The translations under genes and the position numbers were made by a program. Below the pieces are notes generated by a model. The model saw only the letters and a list, made by a program, of their open reading frames with translations. It ran no database searches and was not told the DNA's origin. A stretch of 64,000 nt of DNA from an uncultured Bradymonadales bacterium (GTDB lineage Bacteria > Myxococcota_A > Bradymonadia > Bradymonadales > Bradymonadaceae): contig CAZMJS010000008.1 of the NCBI GenBank assembly GCA_964566695.1, forward strand, positions 1,166-65,165, in the 5' to 3' direction. Of the stretch, positions 20,496 through 28,587 are shown piece after piece (positions within the stretch are counted from its first letter, which is position 1; each line of letters opens with the position of its first letter).

Positions 20496-20554
20496 GGCTT
20501 GCTCGTCCTACGCGCTGAGGTCGCTCCTCTGATTGGCCGATGGGGGTGCGACAC

Positions 20555-21973
20555 TTATCTATGCCCTTGCTCCATCATGTCGACAAGTAATTCAAGGCGG
20601 TTGGCTCGACTCCCCTTTAAAAAAAGTCGGTCCGGGCGCTCCTGTTGGAGCCATCGCGCCGCTTGCTCCAGATCGTCGGTCGCCTCTATCGATGCCCCAC
20701 CGCGTTGACGCTCGGCTTCTTCGGCCATCAACGACGCGTACTCTCCATAAAATATTACCGACCCCACCCACCCTTGACGCCCCACCCACTGGCCCAGCGA
20801 CCGGTGTTCTTTCTCCGCTGCCGATCCCAGCTCCTTCATCTCGCCGATCACCACCGTCACGTCCTGGCCCTGTGCCCAGTTGCGGCAGGCCTCCAGAGAT
20901 GCCCGAACGCTGGCCGGGTTCGCGTTATAGGCGTCGTCAATCACGGCCGTCGATCCCACCTGGACTTCTTTCCATCGCCCGCCCGGGATCTCTAGGCCCG
21001 CCAGGGCCTCGTTGATCCCATCCTCCGTGGCAAAGGGCTGACCGGCCATCGTGGCCAGGGCCGTCGCCAGGTTCCAGGCGTTATGCTCTCCCACCAGTGG
21101 ACAGCGAAGTCGCCAACGGCGATCTCGAAAGGTCATGGACACCGCCAGTTCCCGGCGATCGTCCTCTGTGACCCCCACGGAGCGGATCCGCATCTCCGCC
21201 TCTAGTTCGGTGCCCACGCCGATCAATGTCCCCGGAAACGACGGCGGCTCCAGCGCTCGCCTTTCCGTCTGGGGCACCACCGCCCGCGTCCGACCGGTCG
21301 CTACCTCCAGGATCTCAGATTTTGCCTTTCGAACCCCCTGCATGGACCCGAACCCCTCCAGATGAGCCCTCCCGATGGAGGTGATCACCCGTTGATCCGC
21401 CGGTGCCAGGCGAATGAGCTCGGCGATCTCCCCCCGGTGATTGGCTCCCATCTCCACGATGAGGTGATCGCACCGACGCGGTATGGCACACAACGTCAGG
21501 GGAACCCCGATATGATTATTGAGGTTTCCCGGTGTCGCCCACACCTCGCCGTCGAGGCCCCACAGAGTCGACAGTATTTCCTTGGTCGTCGTCTTTCCAT
21601 TGGAGCCCGTGACCGCCACCGACCCCATCCCTTCCTGACGGGCTTCCAAAAAAATCCCATGGCCCAGCCGCCCCAGGGCCTTGGTCGTATCGTCGACCAC
21701 AATGGCTGCCACCGACAACTCATCGACGCACCCCGCTGATTCGACCATCACAGCGCTGGCCCCCAATTCCACCGCCCGCCCTACGAATCGATGCCCATCG
21801 AAGCGCTCTCCCACCAGGGCCACAAAGATCTCCCCCTCCGACAGTTGACGCGTGTCGGAGCACACCCCGCCATGGGTGACACCTGCCATGCGATGGTTGA
21901 CCAGCCGACCGTCCACCGCCGAGGCGATCTTGGCCAACGACCATCCCTCAATTCTCAATCCTTTTTGTGTCAC
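20555..21973 (-). CDS. murF: UDP-N-acetylmuramoyl-tripeptide--D-alanyl-D-alanine ligase MurF
   Basis: 472 aa Mur ligase; VAVTGSNGKTTTKE...DDAYNANP. Its ATGA start overlaps the murE stop. Confidence 0.93.
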   Translation of the reverse strand: MTQKGLRIEGWSLAKIASAVDGRLVNHRMAGVTHGGVCSDTRQLSEGEIFVALVGERFDGHRFVGRAVELGASAVMVESAGCVDELSVAAIVVDDTTKALGRLGHGIFLEARQEGMGSVAVTGSNGKTTTKEILSTLWGLDGEVWATPGNLNNHIGVPLTLCAIPRRCDHLIVEMGANHRGEIAELIRLAPADQRVITSIGRAHLEGFGSMQGVRKAKSEILEVATGRTRAVVPQTERRALEPPSFPGTLIGVGTELEAEMRIRSVGVTEDDRRELAVSMTFRDRRWRLRCPLVGEHNAWNLATALATMAGQPFATEDGINEALAGLEIPGGRWKEVQVGSTAVIDDAYNANPASVRASLEACRNWAQGQDVTVVIGEMKELGSAAEKEHRSLGQWVGRQGWVGSVIFYGEYASLMAEEAERQRGGASIEATDDLEQAARWLQQERPDRLFLKGSRANRLELLVDMMEQGHR

Positions 21974-23508
21974 CCTGCCTCCCCGCGTGCTCCGGCGGCT
22001 TCGCGTACCACCTCTCGATCATCGAATTTGACCACCTGACCGGCGCTTTCCTGCGTCGTCTCGTGTCCCTTTCCCGCGATGAGTACGACGTCGCCGGCCA
22101 CGGCCCCCTTGACGGCTTGCCCTATGGCTACTCGCCGATCGGGTATCCTCCACCAGCCCCGCCGATCTCGCTCACCGACCCCCTTCTCGATATCGTCCAA
22201 AATCGCCGCGGGATCCTCGCTTCGAGGGTTATCGGTGGTGACGATCACCCGATCGGCCATTGTCTGGGCGACCTTTCCCATGACCGGGCGCTTGCTCTGG
22301 TCGCGATCGCCGCCACACCCAAAGACCACCCATAGACGGCCACGGGTCAGCGGCCTGAGCGCCCCCAGGGCTTGCTCCAAGGCATCCGGTGTATGGGCAT
22401 AATCCACAAATACATCGGCCGGCGCATCGCACCCCACGACTTCCATTCGTCCCGGCAGCCGCTCCACCCCCGATAGCCCTTGCCCGACGGTCTCTGCGTC
22501 GACTCCCCTTTGACGCATCGCCGCCGCCGCCACCAACGCATTTTCCACATTGAACCGTCCCGGGATGGGCAATGCCACATCCCACCGGCGCCCATCTCTC
22601 TCGTCGATCACAAATCGCGTCCCTTCCACGGTCGGGTCAATATCCACGGCTCGATAATCGAGCGCGTCTACCCCACCCCCCTCCGTGCCCACCGTGATGA
22701 CCTTTAGTTGCCCCCGCTCCTTCAAGTGCTTCGCCAACCGCTGTCCTTCCTGACCATCCGTATTGATGACGGCCGTGCGGATCTTTTGGCCTTCATTGCC
22801 CGGCAAATAATCTCTAAAAAGGGACCACTTGCTCTGGCGATAATCGGACATCGTCCCATGAAACCCGAGGTGGTCCTGGCTGAGATTGGTAAAGATGGCC
22901 GTATCGAAATCCACTGCTGACACCCGACCAAGTGCCAGAGCGTGACTCGATACCTCCATAAATACCTGCGTCACTCCCCCGTCGACCATCCTCCTCAACA
23001 CCCGCTGTAAGGTGAGCCCGTCGGGCGTCGTATTGACCCCCTTTTCAAAGCCGCCGGGCCAGCGATAGCCCGTCGTCCCGATCACGCCGCAGGCCTCTCC
23101 TGCGCAGGAGGCGATGGCCTCCAACAAAAAACTGGTCGATGTCTTGCCGTTGGTCCCCGTGATCGCCACCACCCACAGCTCTTTTGAGGGGTCTCCATAG
23201 ACCGCGGACCCCATCGCTCCCAGCCATCGCCTGGGCTCGTCGGCTTCCATGGTCGTAACCCCGTGATGGCCCACGTGGTCGCTGCTTACCACCAACGACG
23301 TCGCCCCGGCGGCCACTGCCTGCTTGATATACCGGTGGCCATCCACCTGTGCCCCCCGCAGGGCCACGAAGCAATCGCCCGCTCCGATCTCGCGTGAGTC
23401 GTGGGTGATTGCGGCCACCGCCGTGGGTCCACATCGATTCCTTAATCTCAGCGCCGGAACCCGCTCCAATAACTCCTCGACATCAACGCTCATCGCCCCG
23501 CTCCTCAC
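21970..23508 (-). CDS. murE: UDP-N-acetylmuramoyl-L-alanyl-D-glutamate--2,6-diaminopimelate ligase MurE
   Basis: 512 aa; VAITGTNGKTSTSF...VDYAHTPDALE...GCGGDRD, with DNPR in the C-terminal domain. Confidence 0.93.
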   Translation of the reverse strand: MRSGAMSVDVEELLERVPALRLRNRCGPTAVAAITHDSREIGAGDCFVALRGAQVDGHRYIKQAVAAGATSLVVSSDHVGHHGVTTMEADEPRRWLGAMGSAVYGDPSKELWVVAITGTNGKTSTSFLLEAIASCAGEACGVIGTTGYRWPGGFEKGVNTTPDGLTLQRVLRRMVDGGVTQVFMEVSSHALALGRVSAVDFDTAIFTNLSQDHLGFHGTMSDYRQSKWSLFRDYLPGNEGQKIRTAVINTDGQEGQRLAKHLKERGQLKVITVGTEGGGVDALDYRAVDIDPTVEGTRFVIDERDGRRWDVALPIPGRFNVENALVAAAAMRQRGVDAETVGQGLSGVERLPGRMEVVGCDAPADVFVDYAHTPDALEQALGALRPLTRGRLWVVFGCGGDRDQSKRPVMGKVAQTMADRVIVTTDNPRSEDPAAILDDIEKGVGERDRRGWWRIPDRRVAIGQAVKGAVAGDVVLIAGKGHETTQESAGQVVKFDDREVVREAAGARGEAG

Positions 23509-25579
23509 CGGCCGCCGGCGCCGATGGCTGACTCCCGCCGGGATTGACCTCCGTGGGGGCCTCCAAAAATAGTCGCAACTCCTCGACCTCCTCTACCGGC
23601 TCGCCCGGCGGTGGGTATTGGTCCACCACCCGCCCCCAACCGCTGACCCGCGGCACCACGCCCACCCGGCGAACCTCCTCAATGGCATCTCGAAGGGATG
23701 CACCAATCACGTTAGGGACTTCTGTTTCTCCCACGGCCCGCCGATAGTCATCGCGCACCATCTGACGTGCTGGACTCGTGGGACCTCCCCCTCGACTGGC
23801 GCTGGCCTCTTGCCGATTCTGCATCTCGTCTCCCGAGGGCGGGTCGTCGCTCAACTGAAAGCGCATCTCTGGCTCCATGGGCAGCACTCCGAGTTGAGAC
23901 AGCGCCGTGCCCGCGATATCGGCAAAGACAGGGCCCGACACCGCCCCTCCGTAGCGCTCCTTCTGGGGCTGGTCGACAAAGACACCGATGGCCACCTCTG
24001 GATCCTCGGCCGGCGCAAACCCGATATATCCAGAGACCCACATCTCCGAGTCATAGGTCCGCGTTTCCGGATTGACCTGCTGCGCCGTGCCCGTTTTGGC
24101 GGCCACCGTAAAGTGGTCCAGCGCGCCTGCCGTTCCCGTCCCCTCTTCCAGCGTCACCAGGCTCATGGACCAGGCCATCTGTTCGGCGACCGACGGGCTG
24201 ATCACCCGACGCACCATCGTCGGCTCATCCTCCCATAGCACCGATCCATCGCGATCATAGATCTCGGCGACGACGCTTGGCTCCATAAGCATCCCCCCGT
24301 TGGCCAACGCCGACACTCCTGTCACCAATTGCAGAGGTGTCGTCGATAGCCCCTGGCCAAACGAAATATTGGCGAACGTGACCTCCGCCCAGTTATCGGG
24401 CGACCACACCCGACCCCGTTGCTCCCCTCGAAGCCCGATCCCTGTCGGGGAGCCAAATCCAAATTTCTGAATGTAGCGATACAGCTTATCGCGCCCCAAC
24501 TGTTGTGCGATCCGGTAGGACCCCACATTGCTGGAGGTCATCAAGATCTCCGCCGTCGTCTGTTCATCTCGCCGCATGATATCGCGGATCGGGTATCCAT
24601 CCACGCGAATCATGCCTCCATCCATATCGTAGGTATGATCCAGGGTTGTCACCCCTTCCTCCAGGGCCGCCGCCACCACGAAGGGCTTAAATACCGAGCC
24701 CGGCTCGAAGGTGTCGGTCACCGGCCCCAGACGCCAGTCCTCTCCCGTGAAATCACCGACCCGATTGGGATCAAATTCCGGGGTTTTGGCCATCGCCAAA
24801 ACTTGACCGCTATTGACGTCCATCGCCACCGCGTATCCCCCCTTGGCATCCACCTCTTCGACCCGCTTGGCCAGCGACTCCTCGGCGGCGCGCTGGATCT
24901 TTTCATCGATCGTCAATCGCAGGCTCTGTCCCTCAAAGCGCCGAAATTCCGGCGTGTCCGACAATAACATCGGACGGCCCACCGCATCTCGGGTCACGCT
25001 CATCTGGTAGGGCTCTCCCCCCAGTCGTTCGTCGAATTGGCGCTCCACCCCCTCCAGTCCGTCTCCATCAATGCTCACAAACCCCAGTAGCTGCCCCGCC
25101 AATGAGCCCATCGGATAATAGCGCTGGTACTCCGTCATCGACCCCAGCCCCGGAAGGTTGAGGTCCTCGATCTCCTGAGCCACCTCGGGATGGGCCTGAC
25201 GCTCCAGCCACACAAAGGGGCTCTCCGTGCTCAACCGCTGCTCCACCCACTCTTCGCTGCGCTCCAGAATCGGCGCGAGAAGAGGCGCCACTTCCTCGGG
25301 ATCGCCCAATAATTTGGGCCTGGCGAAAATGCTCGGCACCTCCACGGACACCGCCAATTCCGAACCATGCCGATCGACAATATCTCCGCGACGGGCCTGC
25401 CGTTCCACCTGACGGTCCCACTCGATGGCCGCCCGTTCGGCCAACGACTCGGCCTCCACGGTCTGCAGGTAATACACCCGCCCGATCACCGCCAAGAACC
25501 CGATGACGAAGACGGCGCTCACCAATCCCAGGCGAAAGACCAACCACTTTCGTTCCTTCTCGTCTTCTGCCGTCGCCAT
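23483..25579 (-). CDS. ftsI: penicillin-binding protein FtsI (class B PBP) with C-terminal PASTA-like domain
   Basis: 698 aa. N-terminal TM helix, dimerisation domain, transpeptidase motifs (GSVFKP, SSN, KTGT). About 54 aa near the C-terminus resemble a PASTA domain (VPNVIGASLRDAIEEVRRVGVVPRVSGWGRVVDQYPPPGEPV). Confidence 0.92.
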   Translation of the reverse strand: MATAEDEKERKWLVFRLGLVSAVFVIGFLAVIGRVYYLQTVEAESLAERAAIEWDRQVERQARRGDIVDRHGSELAVSVEVPSIFARPKLLGDPEEVAPLLAPILERSEEWVEQRLSTESPFVWLERQAHPEVAQEIEDLNLPGLGSMTEYQRYYPMGSLAGQLLGFVSIDGDGLEGVERQFDERLGGEPYQMSVTRDAVGRPMLLSDTPEFRRFEGQSLRLTIDEKIQRAAEESLAKRVEEVDAKGGYAVAMDVNSGQVLAMAKTPEFDPNRVGDFTGEDWRLGPVTDTFEPGSVFKPFVVAAALEEGVTTLDHTYDMDGGMIRVDGYPIRDIMRRDEQTTAEILMTSSNVGSYRIAQQLGRDKLYRYIQKFGFGSPTGIGLRGEQRGRVWSPDNWAEVTFANISFGQGLSTTPLQLVTGVSALANGGMLMEPSVVAEIYDRDGSVLWEDEPTMVRRVISPSVAEQMAWSMSLVTLEEGTGTAGALDHFTVAAKTGTAQQVNPETRTYDSEMWVSGYIGFAPAEDPEVAIGVFVDQPQKERYGGAVSGPVFADIAGTALSQLGVLPMEPEMRFQLSDDPPSGDEMQNRQEASASRGGGPTSPARQMVRDDYRRAVGETEVPNVIGASLRDAIEEVRRVGVVPRVSGWGRVVDQYPPPGEPVEEVEELRLFLEAPTEVNPGGSQPSAPAAGEERGDER

Positions 25580-25611
25580 GGGACGCTCGCTATCACTTCA
25601 GGGAAAGAGGC

Positions 25612-25977
25612 TCACTGGATGGACCGATCGCCTTCGGCGGCACTCAGTTGCACCAACTCTTCAGGCTGCGCCTCCGCCCCCTCCTGGACCTCCACGATTT
25701 GCTCCGGGCTCATCTGCTCCAACCCAAATTCCTGGATCGCCACCTCGGCGACCCGATCGCTTCGACCCTGCATGCGGGCTTCCACGGTCAACTTTTTATT
25801 TTCCTCCAGCAGCTCGCGATGCTCCGAGGTCACGGACGCAATATTATAGCCCACCTCCGTGATCTGATACTGCGTCCACACATGGGAAATCAACAACCCC
25901 GTGGGTACCGCCACCAGGGCCACCACCGTGGCCACCGTTGCCAAATTGGTCTTGAATTCGTCGATCGCTCTTTTCAT
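25612..25977 (-). CDS. ftsL: cell division protein FtsL-like
   Basis: 121 aa, single TM helix plus a short coiled coil. Sits in the canonical slot between rsmH and ftsI. Confidence 0.7.
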   Translation of the reverse strand: MKRAIDEFKTNLATVATVVALVAVPTGLLISHVWTQYQITEVGYNIASVTSEHRELLEENKKLTVEARMQGRSDRVAEVAIQEFGLEQMSPEQIVEVQEGAEAQPEELVQLSAAEGDRSIQ

Positions 25978-26026
25978 AACTTCTCACCTGCTTCTACGGT
26001 CTATCATCCACCGGATGTCGATCCGA

Positions 26027-26974
26027 TTATGACGTCACTTCGAATACTCGCAATTTTGCGCTGTGAGCTCTTGGATTTGCCTCACATTCCTCGGCGCTGG
26101 CCTCCAGGGGCTTGCCGGTCAACACCTGCCCACGCGGCGTCTTGCCGCACCCGCATATCGGAAAATCGGGGGGGCAGGTGCATGGATCCTGATGGCGCCG
26201 AAACCCATGCTTGACGATCCGGTCCTCCAGCGAATGGAAACTGATAAAGGCTGCGCGCCCGCCGGAGGCCACCACCTCGGGCACGGCCTCCACGGCTCGC
26301 CGAAGATGCTCCAACTCTCGGTTGACGGCGATTCGCAGCGCCTGAAACACAGTGGCCGCTGGATGCGTGCTCTGGTTGGGCGGCCAGCCCAGCACGTCGA
26401 TGACCAGCTGCGCCAACTCTCCCGTGCGCTCCAGGTTGCCCGCATCCCGCGCCTCCTTGATGGCCGTTGCCATCCGCCAGGCCCGACCCACTTCTCCGAA
26501 TTCCTTGAGCGCTTCGGCGATGGCCTCCACCTCGTTGGCGTCCAGCCAGTCACCCACCGCCATGGCTTGTGGCCCCATCCGCATATCCAGTGGGCCATCA
26601 TGACGGATAGAAAATCCCCGTCTGCCCGTATCGAATTGGTGGGAACTGACCCCGGCGTCGACCAGCCAGCCATCGACCCTGCCCCACCCCTGCTCATCGA
26701 GAATGGCGCGAGCGTCGCCATAATTTCCCTGCACCAGGGTGAGCCTGCCATCGGCATCGCCCAGTCTCTTCTCGACCTCCGCCAGCGCCTCCGGGTCCCG
26801 ATCGATGGCCAACACCTGCCCGTCGGGCGCGCAGCTCTCCAACAGGGCTTCCGTATGACCTCCGCCCCCGGCCGTCCCGTCGAGATAGCACCCACCCGGT
26901 TGCGGGGATAGCCATTCCAAGACCGCCTCCAGCATGACCGGGGCATGATATGTCGTTGCTTTCTGCTGTGACAC
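26027..26974 (-). CDS. rsmH: 16S rRNA (cytosine1402-N4)-methyltransferase RsmH
   Basis: YHAPVMLEAVLEWL...DGTAGGGGH...DLGVSS-like (DAGVSSHQFD)...SFHSLEDRIVK. Confidence 0.96.
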   Translation of the reverse strand: MSQQKATTYHAPVMLEAVLEWLSPQPGGCYLDGTAGGGGHTEALLESCAPDGQVLAIDRDPEALAEVEKRLGDADGRLTLVQGNYGDARAILDEQGWGRVDGWLVDAGVSSHQFDTGRRGFSIRHDGPLDMRMGPQAMAVGDWLDANEVEAIAEALKEFGEVGRAWRMATAIKEARDAGNLERTGELAQLVIDVLGWPPNQSTHPAATVFQALRIAVNRELEHLRRAVEAVPEVVASGGRAAFISFHSLEDRIVKHGFRRHQDPCTCPPDFPICGCGKTPRGQVLTGKPLEASAEECEANPRAHSAKLRVFEVTS

Positions 26975-27206
26975 CGATGACCTCGTAAAAAGGCCGCCCG
27001 GCGCCGGCGGTCATAGTTATACCGCCGACGTCAGCGCCCTTATCACCCGAGAGAGTGGCCCCATCCGTGGGCCTCATTCGCCATGGCTCGACGACTGCCT
27101 CATCCTTGAAGCTCTCTCTGGTTGACTCGTCCGTGAGTCGAAACCGCCTCTACCGCTTTGGCGGCGTGCTCGTCCTTGAGCCTTTCCCAATTCAACCCCG
27201 GCGCCC

Positions 27207-27674
27207 TCATAGCCCCAGTTCGGCCATCGCCTCTGACAACTCCTGGGGATCTTCCAGCGCCTCATCGACCGCTCCCTTCCAATTCTCACTGGACCAGAGC
27301 TCGACCGTCTCCAACTGGCCCACCCACACGCAATCTCGCTCCAACTGAGCAAAATCCCGCATCGGTTGGGGGACCAGCAGGCGACCGTGGCTATCCATCG
27401 AGACCTCCACCGCTCCCGCCACATACACTCGCTTGAGCCGCTGCACGTGGGGGTTGAATTGCGGAAGCTGGCGGATCTTCTCCTCGAAGTTGAGCCACTT
27501 ATCCATGGGATAGACCACGAGGCAGTTTTCAAAGGTGCGCGTCAAAATGATGCGATCAGCATGCTCTCCGGTGACGTCCAGGTCTTGGAGCACTTCCCGG
27601 AACCGAGCCGGCACGCTGATGCGCCCCTTCCCGTCCATTCGGTGCTCGTACTGACCGCGAAACATAGCCACCAT
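27207..27674 (-). CDS. mraZ: transcriptional regulator MraZ
   Basis: 155 aa. Duplicated DxxGR motifs (MDGKGRISVPARFR and MDSHGRLLVPQPMR). Alternative start at ATG 27665 (MFRG). Confidence 0.93.
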   Translation of the reverse strand: MVAMFRGQYEHRMDGKGRISVPARFREVLQDLDVTGEHADRIILTRTFENCLVVYPMDKWLNFEEKIRQLPQFNPHVQRLKRVYVAGAVEVSMDSHGRLLVPQPMRDFAQLERDCVWVGQLETVELWSSENWKGAVDEALEDPQELSEAMAELGL

Positions 27675-27960
27675 CCGAATTCATCACTGACCACCAGTCG
27701 TCCTTGACCTTCATCTCAACGTCGTCGCGCCATCCTTGGCTTTCGACCTGTGCCTTATCGGCACCCTTTGCCACCTCATGGGAATTCATCCCACATCGCC
27801 ACTATATGGTGCCACCCCGATCCCGTCAAGAAACTATCTCAACGCACAACCATGCGATATCCGCGCGAATAGCATCACCCAATACGCGCCCCAAAAACCA
27901 CCCTATTATGGTGCTTATTCATGGACTTAAGCCCCTTTTCCACAGCCTATTGGCTTAACC

Positions 27961-27974
27961 GTGGGATAAAGTGG
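27961..27974 (+). repeat. copy A of the 14-nt motif GTGGGATAAAGTGG upstream of mraZ
   Basis: Exact 14-mer shared with 28107-28120. It contains two GTGG(G) units with 10-bp periodicity, and a weaker TGGCT unit lies 10 bp upstream (27951). TCCCAC, the reverse complement of GTGGGA, is at 27984-27989. Confidence 0.6.
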
Positions 27975-28106
27975 ATCACCCCGTCCCACCCCGATACCCT
28001 CCCCTGCAAACTTCTTCCCAGACTCTGATAAAGCCCTAATATTGGGCCTTTTAGCCCATTCCCACGTCCCGTATCTCCTGCGGTCGCCCCATTGAACATG
28101 TCATCG

Positions 28107-28120
28107 GTGGGATAAAGTGG
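28107..28120 (+). repeat. copy B of the 14-nt motif GTGGGATAAAGTGG
   Basis: Exact repeat of 27961-27974, located 146 bp away; here the full form is GTGGGATAAAGTGGGAT. TCCCAC is at 28139-28144. Confidence 0.6.
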
Positions 28121-28159
28121 GATGGCTATACCACTGCCTCCCACCATCCCCGGAGGCAC

Positions 28160-28190
28160 AAAAAAAACCGGCCCCCTAAATGGGGACCGG
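28160..28190 (-). terminator. Rho-independent terminator ending the PEGA/Kelch/small-protein operon
   Basis: Minus-strand RNA reads CCGGUCCCC AUUUA GGGGGCCGG then UUUUUUUU; the single imperfect pair is a U-G wobble only on the minus strand. An additional hairpin CAGGGGCC-AC-GGCCCCTG lies at 28201-28218. Confidence 0.9.
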
Positions 28191-28252
28191 TCTTCGACGC
28201 CAGGGGCCACGGCCCCTGCGTCTTCACTTTAGCTGTGCTGTAGGCCCGGTAG

Positions 28253-28465
28253 TCAGGCCGACGCATCCATATCGAATTTGATATACTTCGGAAGCACGCG
28301 CACTTTTTTATGCTCCTGCACTTCCAATTCCACGGTGTCCTCGATGGGCACCATTTCCTTGGACACAAAGCACATGATTTTTTCGCCGCTATATTGCTTC
28401 TCTGGCTCTTCCTCGGGCTGCTCCTGAGGGGTTTCGGCGCCTTCCTGAATCTCTTCTTCTGCCAT
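28253..28465 (-). CDS. small acidic hypothetical protein (70 aa)
   Basis: MAEEEIQEGAETPQEQPEEEPEKQYSGEKIMCFVSKEMVPIEDTVELEVQEHKKVRVLPKYIKFDMDASA. AAGGAG lies 7 nt upstream of ATG 28465; the ORF-track start at 28510 is less likely. Confidence 0.6.
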   Translation of the reverse strand: MAEEEIQEGAETPQEQPEEEPEKQYSGEKIMCFVSKEMVPIEDTVELEVQEHKKVRVLPKYIKFDMDASA

Positions 28466-28587
28466 CGTGGTTCTCCTTGGGAATTGCTCGTTTATCGTTG
28501 CCAAACTCAACCTGGTGCTCGGTGGGCCCGCTTACGGGATCGCTACCAGCTAGCAAGGGGCGCCTCTGGCGTCAAGCCCTGGCCCCA

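Noticed and set aside
26119-26946. 275-aa alternative-frame ORF on the same strand as rsmH
   Set aside because: It is an out-of-frame overlap of rsmH. Its Arg/Trp/Pro-rich product is a frame artefact.
28030-28052. Possible bidirectional terminator or sRNA 3' end (AAAGCCC-taatatt-GGGCCTTTT)
   Set aside because: It has only a 4-bp G-C stem with a bulged extension, too weak to call as a feature. It is kept as a note within the long-leader finding.
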